Shown in pieces: positions 1 through 8,148 of a DNA stretch of 64,000 bases (position 1 is the first letter of the stretch; each line of letters opens with the position of its first letter). The notes below the pieces were generated by a model. That model was not told the origin of the DNA, did no database searches, and saw only the letters and a program-made list of their open reading frames with translations. Source of the DNA: Candidatus Woesebacteria bacterium. GTDB taxonomy: Bacteria; Patescibacteriota; Microgenomatia; UBA1400; MFAQ01. The translations under genes and the position numbers were made by a program. Location: contig DAOORK010000001.1 in assembly GCA_035389185.1 (NCBI GenBank), positions 829,881-893,880 of the forward strand, given 5' to 3'.

Positions 1-77
1 CAATTTTTTCTCCTTGAATTTGAAGGTACGGTTTGTTTGAAGGATATTATCTCACATGTTTACGGGTGAGGTGGGGA

Positions 78-104
78 AGAAAATGCCCTCCGTGAGGAGG
101 GCTT
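78..104 (-). terminator. Rho-independent terminator of CDS 109..921
   Basis: Hairpin GCCCTCC-GTGA-GGAGGGC preceded on + by an A-tract, which is a T-tract on the minus strand. Confidence 0.55.
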
Positions 105-108
105 GAAC

Positions 109-921
109 TTAAAGACCGATTTCTGACGTGGTGACGTTGACTTTGATGTTTGGATCAAAGTTGTTGATCATTTTGACAATCAAGTCGATCTCTTCCTGGG
201 TGGCAGCGTGAGGGTAAACATCTACCCTGGGATTTTTTTCACTGATGCCCCAATCGGGAGTGTAGATGACTAAGAGTCTCTTGGTTCCCTTGGTATTCCG
301 ATAGATATCGAGACGAGCGCAACGGGCATCATCTTGGCTACCGATGATGATCCAAGAACGAGTGGTATCTTTTTCCGAAAGATACTTTTTGAGTTTGGTG
401 AGGTCGATGGGGAACTTTTTTGATTCTTTGGCAATCAGGTGAGAGATTTGAATGAAGGCGGTATCTCTGACACTGATACCGGTTTGGGGACTAGTGTAGA
501 CATTGAACCAGTCTTCAAGAGTACCGATTTTGGTCATCTTTGATAATCCAGCGGTAGTGACGACGGTTTTGCGACAGAGGTCGATAATCTTACTAACCTG
601 ATCAAAGCTTTTGGCTACTTCGATAGCGATGAGACACATATCCTCGAATGCATGAGGTGAACGATCTTTGATGATGGGGAGGAGGACGAGATATTCGTCA
701 ATGTTTTTGTCTTCACTGGCCTGCTTGCACATCATTTCGTAGGCTCTTTGTTGGGCCTCGTATCTGGCATTTTCATCAAGAAATTTTTCTTTGTATTTGA
801 TGAAATTGGGGGATAGATTTTCAGATTGATTGGGGAGAGCGATTTGAAGCTTTTCACAGATAGCCGAAGCGAGGGCCCTACTGTCGTGGCAGAAATAGAG
901 AACTAGATGATAGTGATCCAT
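109..921 (-). CDS. Hypothetical protein, paralog A of a three-gene 'IGTLEDW' family
   Basis: 270-aa ORF. The N-terminus (MDHYHLVLYFCHD...CEKLQIALP...SPNF) and the IGTLEDWFNVY motif are shared with CDS 1003..1917 and 2004..2540. It has its own promoter-leader cassette (GGGGTATAAT-N13-ACCTTAAAGGAG) and its own terminator. Confidence 0.8.
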   Translation of the reverse strand: MDHYHLVLYFCHDSRALASAICEKLQIALPNQSENLSPNFIKYKEKFLDENARYEAQQRAYEMMCKQASEDKNIDEYLVLLPIIKDRSPHAFEDMCLIAIEVAKSFDQVSKIIDLCRKTVVTTAGLSKMTKIGTLEDWFNVYTSPQTGISVRDTAFIQISHLIAKESKKFPIDLTKLKKYLSEKDTTRSWIIIGSQDDARCARLDIYRNTKGTKRLLVIYTPDWGISEKNPRVDVYPHAATQEEIDLIVKMINNFDPNIKVNVTTSEIGL

Positions 922-968
922 AGTTTTCTCCTTTAAGGTGCGATTTGTGGCTATTATACCCCAAAAAG

Positions 969-995
969 CAAAAAACCGCCCTGGATGGGGCGGTT
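969..995 (-). terminator. Rho-independent terminator (CCGCCC-TGGATG-GGGCGG plus T-tract on the minus strand); identical copy at 2603..2628
   Basis: Perfect 6-bp GC stem followed by TTTTTT on the minus strand, between the stop of gene 1003..1917 and the promoter of gene 109..921. Confidence 0.6.
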
Positions 996-1002
996 GAAGT
1001 AT

Positions 1003-1917
1003 TTAGAATGGATGACTTTGGAGATCCCTTTCCTTGAGGGTAAAAAGACAGTTGTTGGGGACGTCGATCGAATGATAGTTTTCTTTGATAGTTTTGACCA
1101 AGGAAATGACAATGTTGGAAAACATATCTTCGGCAACAATGGTAAGGCCAAAACAAGTGAATCTATCGTCGTTGGTTTCGAAAATCATGGCGACAGGTTT
1201 GTCGTTGTCTTTGGTACTGACACGAATGAAATGATGATGGTCATTTACTTTGACGTCGAGTTTCCACTTGGGGCAGATGGTTACTGTGAGAAGATAGGCG
1301 ATTCTTTCGAGATAGGATTTAATCTCCGAGGAGATTTTGGTGATGATGTTTTTCTCGATAAGGGTGATGATTTGCCTTTTGGCGAACTTGATGAAATCAT
1401 ACAGCTCAATATTGTTGAGCAAATCACTCTCGTTTATTAGCATGTCGTACCAATCTTTGAGAGTACCGATAGAGACAAGTACGTCAAGTGATTGACTATC
1501 AAGATTACCGTTGTACGGATGCGATCTTAGTACCGCGATATAGAACTTTTCTTGGAAAGTGACGGCTTTTTTGAATGCCCGTTCATATAGCTGAAATCTC
1601 TTGGTAAGATCATATATATGTGGGGCAAGAACGAGACATTCATCAATAGAGCTGGCAATTCTGAACATTTTACTGCAGACACCTTTGCCGATATTATCTT
1701 TTTTGTTGAGCTCTTCAAGCTGGGTTTTTAGCTCAAGAAACTTGGCCGAGAAGATAGGGGTTCTGGGTTCGACTTTTTTGATGTTACTGAGTGTAAGAAG
1801 CTGATTTATCAACTCTTTATATTCCGGTGAGATTCCGACATGGCGATTAGAAATACCCATGTCCTGACATACGGCTTCGATAATTTCAGCATTAAGATCC
1901 TGAATCTTGATTTTCAA
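1003..1917 (-). CDS. Hypothetical protein, paralog B of the IGTLEDW family (TTG start)
   Basis: 304-aa ORF with the IGTLKDWYDML motif and an N-terminal C..M/L..I..SP.Y block aligned to paralogs A and C. Its C-terminal domain aligns with paralog A. The RBS is AAAGGAGA 5 nt before TTG, and the upstream cassette is TGGTACAAT-N13-ACCTTAAAG. Confidence 0.75.
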   Translation of the reverse strand: MKIKIQDLNAEIIEAVCQDMGISNRHVGISPEYKELINQLLTLSNIKKVEPRTPIFSAKFLELKTQLEELNKKDNIGKGVCSKMFRIASSIDECLVLAPHIYDLTKRFQLYERAFKKAVTFQEKFYIAVLRSHPYNGNLDSQSLDVLVSIGTLKDWYDMLINESDLLNNIELYDFIKFAKRQIITLIEKNIITKISSEIKSYLERIAYLLTVTICPKWKLDVKVNDHHHFIRVSTKDNDKPVAMIFETNDDRFTCFGLTIVAEDMFSNIVISLVKTIKENYHSIDVPNNCLFTLKERDLQSHPF

Positions 1918-1972
1918 ATTGGTCTCCTTTGAACTTTAAGGTGCGTTTGGGGGATATTGTACCACTTAGGCA

Positions 1973-1998
1973 TAAAAAACCCTCCGAGTTGGAGGGTT
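1973..1998 (-). terminator. Rho-independent terminator of CDS 2004..2540
   Basis: CCCTCC-GAGTT-GGAGGG hairpin followed by TTTTTTAT on the minus strand. Confidence 0.55.
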
Positions 1999-2003
1999 TG
2001 AGT

Positions 2004-2540
2004 TTATTGAACGGATTTGGCTGACTTTTTGATTTCTTCGGCGATGAGACGAGTAATTTGTTCCAAGGCAAGATTGATCATTTCCTTGTCATTTAATTCG
2101 TCAAAATAGATATTGAGCCAGTTTTCCAAGGTACCGATAGCGATCATTTTGTTTTTGATGGTGGTTAACAAAATCTGTTTTTGGACGTTTTCGGAGCGAT
2201 GATTGGTGGCGTAATAATTGATACGTTCGAGCTTAAGAAATGAATCAGCACATTCTACAGCCTTGTTGAAGATTTCTGGAACTTTATCCTGAATGGAAGA
2301 TGGAGAAAGATAACAGAATGTGACGAGAAACTCCCAGTCGTAATAATTGGTGGCTGATTGGTACAGCAGTAGAAGGAGGGGGGAAGTATTCGTACCTTTT
2401 TCTTCATTATCAATGATTTCTTGAAATTTGGGTGAAAAACGACTAGTTTGGGAAGCAGCAATTTTAAGCTTATGGCAGACTTCGTTGATAAGTCTGTCAT
2501 TGTAGCGACAAAGAAGACGAACACGATCGTATTTGTCCAT
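2004..2540 (-). CDS. Hypothetical protein, paralog C of the IGTLEDW family; truncated, lacks the C-terminal domain
   Basis: The start is moved to the ATG at 2540 (MDKYDRVRLLCRYNDRLINEVCHKLKIAASQ...SPKF) with the RBS AAAGGAGTCATT upstream. The N-terminus aligns with paralog A, and the protein ends just after the IGTLENWLNIYFD motif. Confidence 0.7.
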   Translation of the reverse strand: MDKYDRVRLLCRYNDRLINEVCHKLKIAASQTSRFSPKFQEIIDNEEKGTNTSPLLLLLYQSATNYYDWEFLVTFCYLSPSSIQDKVPEIFNKAVECADSFLKLERINYYATNHRSENVQKQILLTTIKNKMIAIGTLENWLNIYFDELNDKEMINLALEQITRLIAEEIKKSAKSVQ

Positions 2541-2602
2541 AATGACTCCTTTGGAGAGAATTAAAGTACAGGAGGGATTATACCCTATATTCATTAAAAT
2601 GC

Positions 2603-2628
2603 AAAAAACCGCCCTGGATGGGGCGGTT
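2603..2628 (-). terminator. Rho-independent terminator of CDS 2636..2953
   Basis: Same CCGCCC-TGGATG-GGGCGG hairpin as 969..995, followed by a T-tract on the minus strand. Confidence 0.55.
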
Positions 2629-2635
2629 GGGTTGA

Positions 2636-2953
2636 TTATGAGAGATAAACAGAAAGGTCAGTTTCTCGATTAAGATAATATTCAAGGAGATGTTTATAAA
2701 TATCACATCCTTGTGTTCGATTATATCCTTCGTCGTAGCTTACGAGGAGACATTGGTTTGCATCGTCTACTGTAACTGAAGCAAACGGTTCTGTTGAATC
2801 CAAAACAGCAATACGAATGGTGATGACAAGCCTGTTATCGACAAATTCTTTGGTGACGACCCAGTTTCGGTCGGCCCTTTTAAGGATGTCGATAATTTTG
2901 ATCTGATCGAGATTTGGTTCTGACCGAGTGTTGGTTGGCTTTTGACTTTCCAT
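2636..2953 (-). CDS. Small hypothetical protein (106 aa), co-transcribed downstream of CDS 2964..3566
   Basis: The internal ATG at 2953 is preferred because AAGGAG lies 6 nt upstream. It sits 10 nt after the stop of the upstream gene. No recognisable motif. Confidence 0.6.
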   Translation of the reverse strand: MESQKPTNTRSEPNLDQIKIIDILKRADRNWVVTKEFVDNRLVITIRIAVLDSTEPFASVTVDDANQCLLVSYDEGYNRTQGCDIYKHLLEYYLNRETDLSVYLS

Positions 2954-2963
2954 ATCAAGCTCC

Positions 2964-3566
2964 TTATTCGTAGAAGGGGAAAGCTTTGGGGCAAGTTTCA
3001 CAGCAAAGTGGGCACTCGGTGAGAGTGATACAGCATTTTTGGAACTGCTTCACGGATTGAGTGATCTTTTTTAGCCGATCGATGACTGTGTTCGCGTAGG
3101 GCGATGAAACGGTTGGCGCAAAAACAGTGATTCTTGCTGGCTCAGTGCGAATAAGACAGGTGAACTTTGGTTTGCCGGGAGGCGGTGTTTCGATAAGGAC
3201 TAGCCGGAGACGCCCTTGGCAGGTTGTCTGATTTACAATACCAACCACCCATTCTTGAGGTAGATGATCAGAAAGAGAAGCTCTGAGCTTTGTAAGACTA
3301 CAAGTTTCCAGAGTGTGTCTGATAATGCTCCCGATCCAGTTCTTAGTCTTTTTGGGAACATAATAGCGATAAAAAGCATCTACTTTTGTATCGGATCGGA
3401 TAAGCAGATGGGCGATCTCGGCAAAGAAAAGACCTCGGCGATAGATTCTGATTGAGCCATCGTAGTCGACGTAGAGCTTGGGTGCGAACTTGGAAAAGCG
3501 TAAAGCTAACTCATCGCAAAGAATCTCGTCTATTCGGCGATTGGCAGGAAAAGGTGTTTGAATCAC
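2964..3566 (-). CDS. Hypothetical Cys-rich protein with a C-terminal CC-x5-C-x2-CC-x2-C cluster (possible zinc ribbon); GTG start
   Basis: 200-aa ORF. The RBS AAAAGGAGG precedes GTG, and the upstream cassette is AGGGTATAAT-N13-ACCTTAAAAGGAGG, the same as on the paralog array. Confidence 0.7.
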   Translation of the reverse strand: MIQTPFPANRRIDEILCDELALRFSKFAPKLYVDYDGSIRIYRRGLFFAEIAHLLIRSDTKVDAFYRYYVPKKTKNWIGSIIRHTLETCSLTKLRASLSDHLPQEWVVGIVNQTTCQGRLRLVLIETPPPGKPKFTCLIRTEPARITVFAPTVSSPYANTVIDRLKKITQSVKQFQKCCITLTECPLCCETCPKAFPFYE

Positions 3567-3628
3567 AGGAAACCTCCTTTTAAGGTGCGTTTTGGAGATA
3601 TTATACCCTATAAAGCAAGAGATAAAGA

Positions 3629-4897
3629 CTATTTATCTTGGAATAGAAAGTCGTTGGAAAGACTTGTGGAGTAGGTTTTTTGGTTGAACTGGATGGTTTG
3701 GGGAGAGGAAATCAGGCCATGTTGTTTGAGGATAGTGAGAGAGTATTTGACTTGAGAAACAGGAAGAGTATAAGAAAGATTGAGTTGGGACTGATTTTGG
3801 GCGGGAGTTGTAAGCCAAAAGCCAATCTCGGTAAAATTGTATTTTTGGGTGATGACGGGGCTGAGAGTGCCGGAGCTGGAAGCGAGATGAATGTTTTGAG
3901 CGGATTGGGGAATGTAAAAACGGAGATAGGTGATGTAGTCACCGCCATAGTGGAAAGGAGGATTGGGGTTGGATTCCGGAGAAGTATTGAAGAGATTGAT
4001 ACTGACATGGTGGGATATTTGATTATTGACGATCGAAATGGTGTGAGTTGTGTTGCGGGTGATGTAGGCGTTGGCTTTGTTGGCCCCAAGATTGGTTTCG
4101 ACTAGAAGATAAGTGTCGGGAGTGTTTGATTCCAGTTTGCCGGCGAAGTTTTGACTTTCGAGGAGATTTTGAAAGTCTTTGTTGGTGGAGTTTATGAGGA
4201 TGTTTTGGTTTGTTAGATCTTGATAAACAATTTGGACAAGGTGCATTTTTTTGGAGACGGGCAGGGATTGGATTTTTTTGACGAGAGCCGAGCCGACGGC
4301 AGTAAGGGCGTCTTTTTTTTGGGTGGAACCGGGGAAAAAATTGACTTCGGCTTTGCCTTGAAGAAATAAATAGAGATTGTCCGGGGTGAGGGTGGCTTGG
4401 TACTCGGGGACTTCGATACTGCCGACGGTGTTGAGAATTTTTTTGATAGTGGTGAGGTTAAGTAGAACAAGATTGTCGGGATTGATTTCACCTCCTTTTT
4501 CGAAAAACCAACGGAGAGTGATGGCGCAGGTGGGAAAGTCCGGTTCCCAATCGGCGTTGGATAACTGCCAAGTGCCATGCTGAAAGGCCTCTTGAATCGG
4601 GACGGGTGGAGTGACGAAGCCTCCTAGCTGACCGTCGGGAACATAGATATCTTGGAAGGAGACATCGAAACTGGGATAGTTGAGGATAATTTTGGCGTAC
4701 GAACCGACAAAGCCGCCATTGGCGCGCATCTCGGTGTCGTTGCCTAGAAGAACGAGGTAGGAGGTGGGCTGATTTTGACCTAAAAGATAGGGGGCAAAGG
4801 GCAAGAAGGGTTTGACGAAAAGAACCAGAGGAATAAGGCTAATAACGAATAGACTTAAAATGATAGACAAAACAGCATAGAGGCGGGAGTGCTTCAC
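3629..4897 (-). CDS. Membrane-anchored DUF4012-like protein
   Basis: 422-aa ORF with an N-terminal basic region plus a TM helix. The motif LLVLLGNDTEMRANGGFVGSYAKI resembles the conserved ELR(P/A)xGGFxGSYA block of DUF4012 proteins. The family name is from memory. Confidence 0.6.
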   Translation of the reverse strand: MKHSRLYAVLSIILSLFVISLIPLVLFVKPFLPFAPYLLGQNQPTSYLVLLGNDTEMRANGGFVGSYAKIILNYPSFDVSFQDIYVPDGQLGGFVTPPVPIQEAFQHGTWQLSNADWEPDFPTCAITLRWFFEKGGEINPDNLVLLNLTTIKKILNTVGSIEVPEYQATLTPDNLYLFLQGKAEVNFFPGSTQKKDALTAVGSALVKKIQSLPVSKKMHLVQIVYQDLTNQNILINSTNKDFQNLLESQNFAGKLESNTPDTYLLVETNLGANKANAYITRNTTHTISIVNNQISHHVSINLFNTSPESNPNPPFHYGGDYITYLRFYIPQSAQNIHLASSSGTLSPVITQKYNFTEIGFWLTTPAQNQSQLNLSYTLPVSQVKYSLTILKQHGLISSPQTIQFNQKTYSTSLSNDFLFQDK

Positions 4898-4918
4898 AAA
4901 ATAATTGTAAACTATAGT

Positions 4919-5590
4919 ATGGGGTTAAAAGAAAAATTACTATTGTCACCGCTTTATGACTGGTTTGGGAAGCGGTCATATGCCCAGTCTGGGGAAGACA
5001 TCATAGCTGATGTACTTTTGGGAAAGAAAAACAAAGGATATTATGTGGAGGTAGGTGCTTTTCATCCAAAGTTGTTTTCCAATACCTATTTGTTTTACAA
5101 AAGAGGATGGAGCGGCGTGTGTGTTGAGCCAAGACCAGAGGTGAAAGAGGAGTTTACCAAGGTGCGTCCACGGGACAGATTTGTGAGTATGGGAGTGGCA
5201 GAGAAAAAGGATGTTTTGGAGTACTGGGAGTTTGATGATGCGGCGGCGAATACCTTTTTGCCGGAGCAGGCAGAGAGAAATATAAAAGAGGCGGGGAGAA
5301 AATTGAAACGGAAAATAAATGCGGCGGTAATGCCCCTAAAAGACATTTTGGCAACGAGCGTGCCTGAAGAGGTAAAGATTGATCTGCTGTCGGTGGATGT
5401 TGAGGGAATGGATCTTGAGGTTTTGCGTTCGAATGATTGGAAAAAGTATCGGCCGAAGGTAGTGATTGGCGAGGACTTGGAGTTTGATTTTTTGAACCCC
5501 AAAAAATCTGAGGTAGTGAAGTATCTTTTGGGTTTGGGGTACAGACTGGCTGGGGTGACGCCATATAGTTTGGTATTTGTGGACAAATAA
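4919..5590 (+). CDS. FkbM-family SAM-dependent methyltransferase
   Basis: YAQSGEDIIADVLLG...GYYVEVGAFHP...SNTYLFYKRGWSGVCVEP is typical of Methyltransf_21 (FkbM). The ATG at 4919 is chosen to avoid overlap with the upstream gene; GTG at 4889 is an alternative. Confidence 0.75.
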   Translation: MGLKEKLLLSPLYDWFGKRSYAQSGEDIIADVLLGKKNKGYYVEVGAFHPKLFSNTYLFYKRGWSGVCVEPRPEVKEEFTKVRPRDRFVSMGVAEKKDVLEYWEFDDAAANTFLPEQAERNIKEAGRKLKRKINAAVMPLKDILATSVPEEVKIDLLSVDVEGMDLEVLRSNDWKKYRPKVVIGEDLEFDFLNPKKSEVVKYLLGLGYRLAGVTPYSLVFVDK

Positions 5591-5595
5591 ATTTT

Positions 5596-5852
5596 TCGTT
5601 CGCCATTATCCTTATATTGGCGACCGACTCATTCCGCGTCTCCTGCGGACGCGGCTGGTCTGCCTACTCACCCCGAAAATCCTGCCTTTCAGGCATGAAC
5701 CGTGCTTTTCGGGGTTCCGTAAGCTCGCATAAAGGATAAATGTCTCACAAATATTTATTTGTATGTCATTGGTGTTCGTTTTGCACGGCTTCCTCATAAG
5801 TTTTTTAAGTGAGGAGAAGGGGATGGAGTGGTAAAATAGACACACTAACTCA
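5596..5852 (+). ncRNA. Candidate structured 5' leader / cis-regulatory RNA upstream of the LysM-M23 peptidase gene
   Basis: A ~250-nt non-coding gap carries several strong local hairpins: TCGCCA..TGGCGA, CCGCGTC-TCCTGCG-GACGCGG, CCCCGAAAA[..TGCCTTTCAGGCA..]TTTTCGGGG, and a hairpin just before the RBS. The only ORF here (5612..5845, minus strand) looks spurious. Confidence 0.3.
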
Positions 5853-7013
5853 ATGGATAGACTAAAGTTATTTTTTTACGAGTGGGTTGCGGATTTTTTC
5901 AAATATTTGAGAATGTTGTTGTCGCATTTTGTTAAGAACTATTTATCTCCCAAGTTTGCAGTTTTTGAGATGTTTAAGTCCAATATGGTGGGCAAGATGT
6001 ATCAGCAAAGAGGCAAAAACGCGCAGCTTTTTGTGAATGCCACGATGGTAACAGTGATGGTTTTGGGAGTAGCTTTGGGTCCGTCTTTGGTAACCAATGA
6101 CTCGCAAACGCAGGCTGTGCTGGCAACAGGTTTTAGAAGTAAGTTTGCGTTCGCCGAAGAGGGTGTTGTGGCCGATGGAAGCAGAGTTTTGGGATTGTCA
6201 ACGGATACGCAAATGGTGGTAGACACCCTTACTCAGGTATCGGACAAACCAAGAGCAGATATTTTGGAGTACACAGTGATATCAGGAGATACACTAGCCT
6301 CGATTGCCAAGATGTTTGGAGTGGATATTGATTCAATAAAATGGCTTAACAAGGATGTAAGTGAAAAGAAATTGAAAGCCGGAACGGTGCTGAAGATTCC
6401 TCCAGTAACAGGAGTAATCCATGTGGTGAAGAGCGGTGAAACAATTTACTCGATTGCCAAAAAATACAACGTGTCAGCACAGGCAATTGTTGATTATCCG
6501 TTTAATGAATTTACCAATGATGAGACTTTTGCCCTAGCAATTGGTCAGCAATTGATTGTGCCTGACGGTGAGATGCCTGATGAGGTGATTAGTTCACCAA
6601 GAACCTACTTGGCAAACCAACTGACGCCAAATGCAGGAGCAGTCTCGGCTACAGGCAACTGGATCTGGCCGACTCAGGGAACGATCACTCAGTACTACAA
6701 GGCATGGCATAAGGGATTGGATATCGCCAATCATAGTGCGCCTTCTATCTTGGCGGCAGACTCAGGAACGGTAGTTGTGGCAGGCTGGACGGATAACACC
6801 GGATATGGAAATAGAGTGATGATTGACCATGGAAATGGTTACAAGACTTTGTATGCCCACATGAGTAAGATTGCCGTGGTGGTTGGGCAAACTGTGAGGC
6901 GCGGAGATGTAATTGGACAGATGGGATCTACCGGACGTTCAACGGGAACACACTTGCATTTTGAGGTTAGAACAACGGCAGGGAATAGAGATCCCTTGAG
7001 TCTTTTGAAATAA
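5853..7013 (+). CDS. LysM (x2)-M23 family metallopeptidase, murein DD-endopeptidase-like
   Basis: Two LysM motifs (YTVISGDTLASIAKMFGV..., HVVKSGETIYSIAKKYNV...) and an M23 core (GLDIANHSAPSILAADSGTVVVAGW...GYGNRVMIDHGNGYKTLYAHMS...GSTGRSTGTHLHFEV). An N-terminal TM segment is present. The exact start is uncertain. Confidence 0.85.
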   Translation: MDRLKLFFYEWVADFFKYLRMLLSHFVKNYLSPKFAVFEMFKSNMVGKMYQQRGKNAQLFVNATMVTVMVLGVALGPSLVTNDSQTQAVLATGFRSKFAFAEEGVVADGSRVLGLSTDTQMVVDTLTQVSDKPRADILEYTVISGDTLASIAKMFGVDIDSIKWLNKDVSEKKLKAGTVLKIPPVTGVIHVVKSGETIYSIAKKYNVSAQAIVDYPFNEFTNDETFALAIGQQLIVPDGEMPDEVISSPRTYLANQLTPNAGAVSATGNWIWPTQGTITQYYKAWHKGLDIANHSAPSILAADSGTVVVAGWTDNTGYGNRVMIDHGNGYKTLYAHMSKIAVVVGQTVRRGDVIGQMGSTGRSTGTHLHFEVRTTAGNRDPLSLLK

Positions 7014-7053
7014 TAATACTGGGGTTTGGTAAAGAAACCTGTGTCCTATATGA

Positions 7054-7082
7054 TTGACTTTAGTGATGTTTTGGGATAGAAT
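7054..7082 (+). promoter_or_regulatory. Sigma70-like promoter of lipoprotein paralog 1 (TTGACT-17-TAGAAT)
   Basis: TTGACT at 7054, a 17-nt spacer, TAGAAT at 7077. The same architecture repeats before each of the four lipoprotein genes. Confidence 0.5.
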
Positions 7083-7128
7083 ACCGTTTGTAATTTGACA
7101 TTCAATTTCTTTTTCAAAAGGAGTGAAA

Positions 7129-8013
7129 ATGAATAAAAAGTTGTTTCTGATTGTTGCTGTTCTAGTCGTCCTGACATTGGCTTTGTCTACCTGTGAGCTT
7201 CCTGATTCCAACCAGCCCCAAGGAATAACCTTGGAAACCCTTCTTGGTGAAGTAATCGGTTATTCTCACCCCGTCAAATTTTCTATGGTGAGCTATAACG
7301 GCGATAACCACACAATGGAGGTACTGGTTGATGGAAACCCATACACTTTGGTCGAGGGCAAGAACGAAGGTGTTTGGGATACTGATCAAGTGGATTTTGC
7401 TTGGGATGATTATGGCTTGACGAAATTTGGTCAGCTGCGTGATCTTTTTTCCGAGGAAACTGTCCGATCGATAGAGGAAAAGGGGAACGACTTCTGGGCA
7501 TTTTCTGATGGTGGTGCTTATAACCGGACGGTGGTTTTGGTGCCAGTTGATGTCATGCCTAAGATGATCTCGGATGTCTCAACATGGGACATGACCGAAG
7601 CTGTGATATCTGTTTGGAGCGTCTCGCCTTTTCCAGCTAGTCGGATATACGAAAACGTGACAACCAATGAAGTAGTTTTTGGTGACTATCTTTATGTTAT
7701 GACCTACGACGATCAACACAATGCGCGACCACTTCTTTCTAATGGTTTTCTCTGGGGATATGTCCATGTTGAGAAAGAAGACTCTCACGGGGATTACACA
7801 GTATATCTTAGTCAGTCAGAACCAGATTTCTCCAAGTATCCGGAAGCTGTTGAGCTGATGCAGCTGGCTTACCCGGAAAGTGCAAATCCGATTACGGTTG
7901 ATTCGTATTCTGGTCTGGGTCAGGTGTGTGATGCCTTGAGTTCAGCAATATATTACGATCGAGCCAACCGAGAAGAAGTGAAACAAGTTTGCGGAGTGTA
8001 TTACATTCCGTAG
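7129..8013 (+). CDS. Lipoprotein, paralog 1 of a four-gene tandem family
   Basis: Signal peptide plus lipobox (LALSTC). AGGAG lies 6 nt before the ATG at 7129. The motifs MPKMISDVSTWDMT, ENVTTNEVVF and a C-terminal QVCGVYYIP are shared with paralog 2. Confidence 0.8.
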   Translation: MNKKLFLIVAVLVVLTLALSTCELPDSNQPQGITLETLLGEVIGYSHPVKFSMVSYNGDNHTMEVLVDGNPYTLVEGKNEGVWDTDQVDFAWDDYGLTKFGQLRDLFSEETVRSIEEKGNDFWAFSDGGAYNRTVVLVPVDVMPKMISDVSTWDMTEAVISVWSVSPFPASRIYENVTTNEVVFGDYLYVMTYDDQHNARPLLSNGFLWGYVHVEKEDSHGDYTVYLSQSEPDFSKYPEAVELMQLAYPESANPITVDSYSGLGQVCDALSSAIYYDRANREEVKQVCGVYYIP

Positions 8014-8015
8014 AA

Positions 8016-8044
8016 GTGAAGTACGTCCCCCGTGTAAAAGCGGG
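8016..8044 (+). terminator. Rho-independent terminator (CCCCCG-TGTAAAAG-CGGGGG plus T-tract)
   Basis: GC stem followed by TTTTTTG. Members of the same hairpin family follow each lipoprotein gene and occur again at 48978. Confidence 0.6.
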
Positions 8045-8066
8045 GGATTTTTTGTATCTAGTTATG

Positions 8067-8095
8067 GCCTATATGATTGACTTTTGGGGTTATTG
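8067..8095 (+). promoter_or_regulatory. Promoter of lipoprotein paralog 2 (TTGACT-17-TAGAAT)
   Basis: Same cassette as 7054..7082. Confidence 0.5.
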
Positions 8096-8148
8096 GGAGT
8101 AGAATACAGCTATTCGTAAATTGAAAATTTAATCTATTGGAGGAGCTA

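Noticed and set aside
5612-5845. 77-aa minus-strand ORF in the FkbM-peptidase gap
   Set aside because: Arg-rich and low-complexity, with no RBS. It overlaps strong hairpins, so it is more likely a structured non-coding leader.
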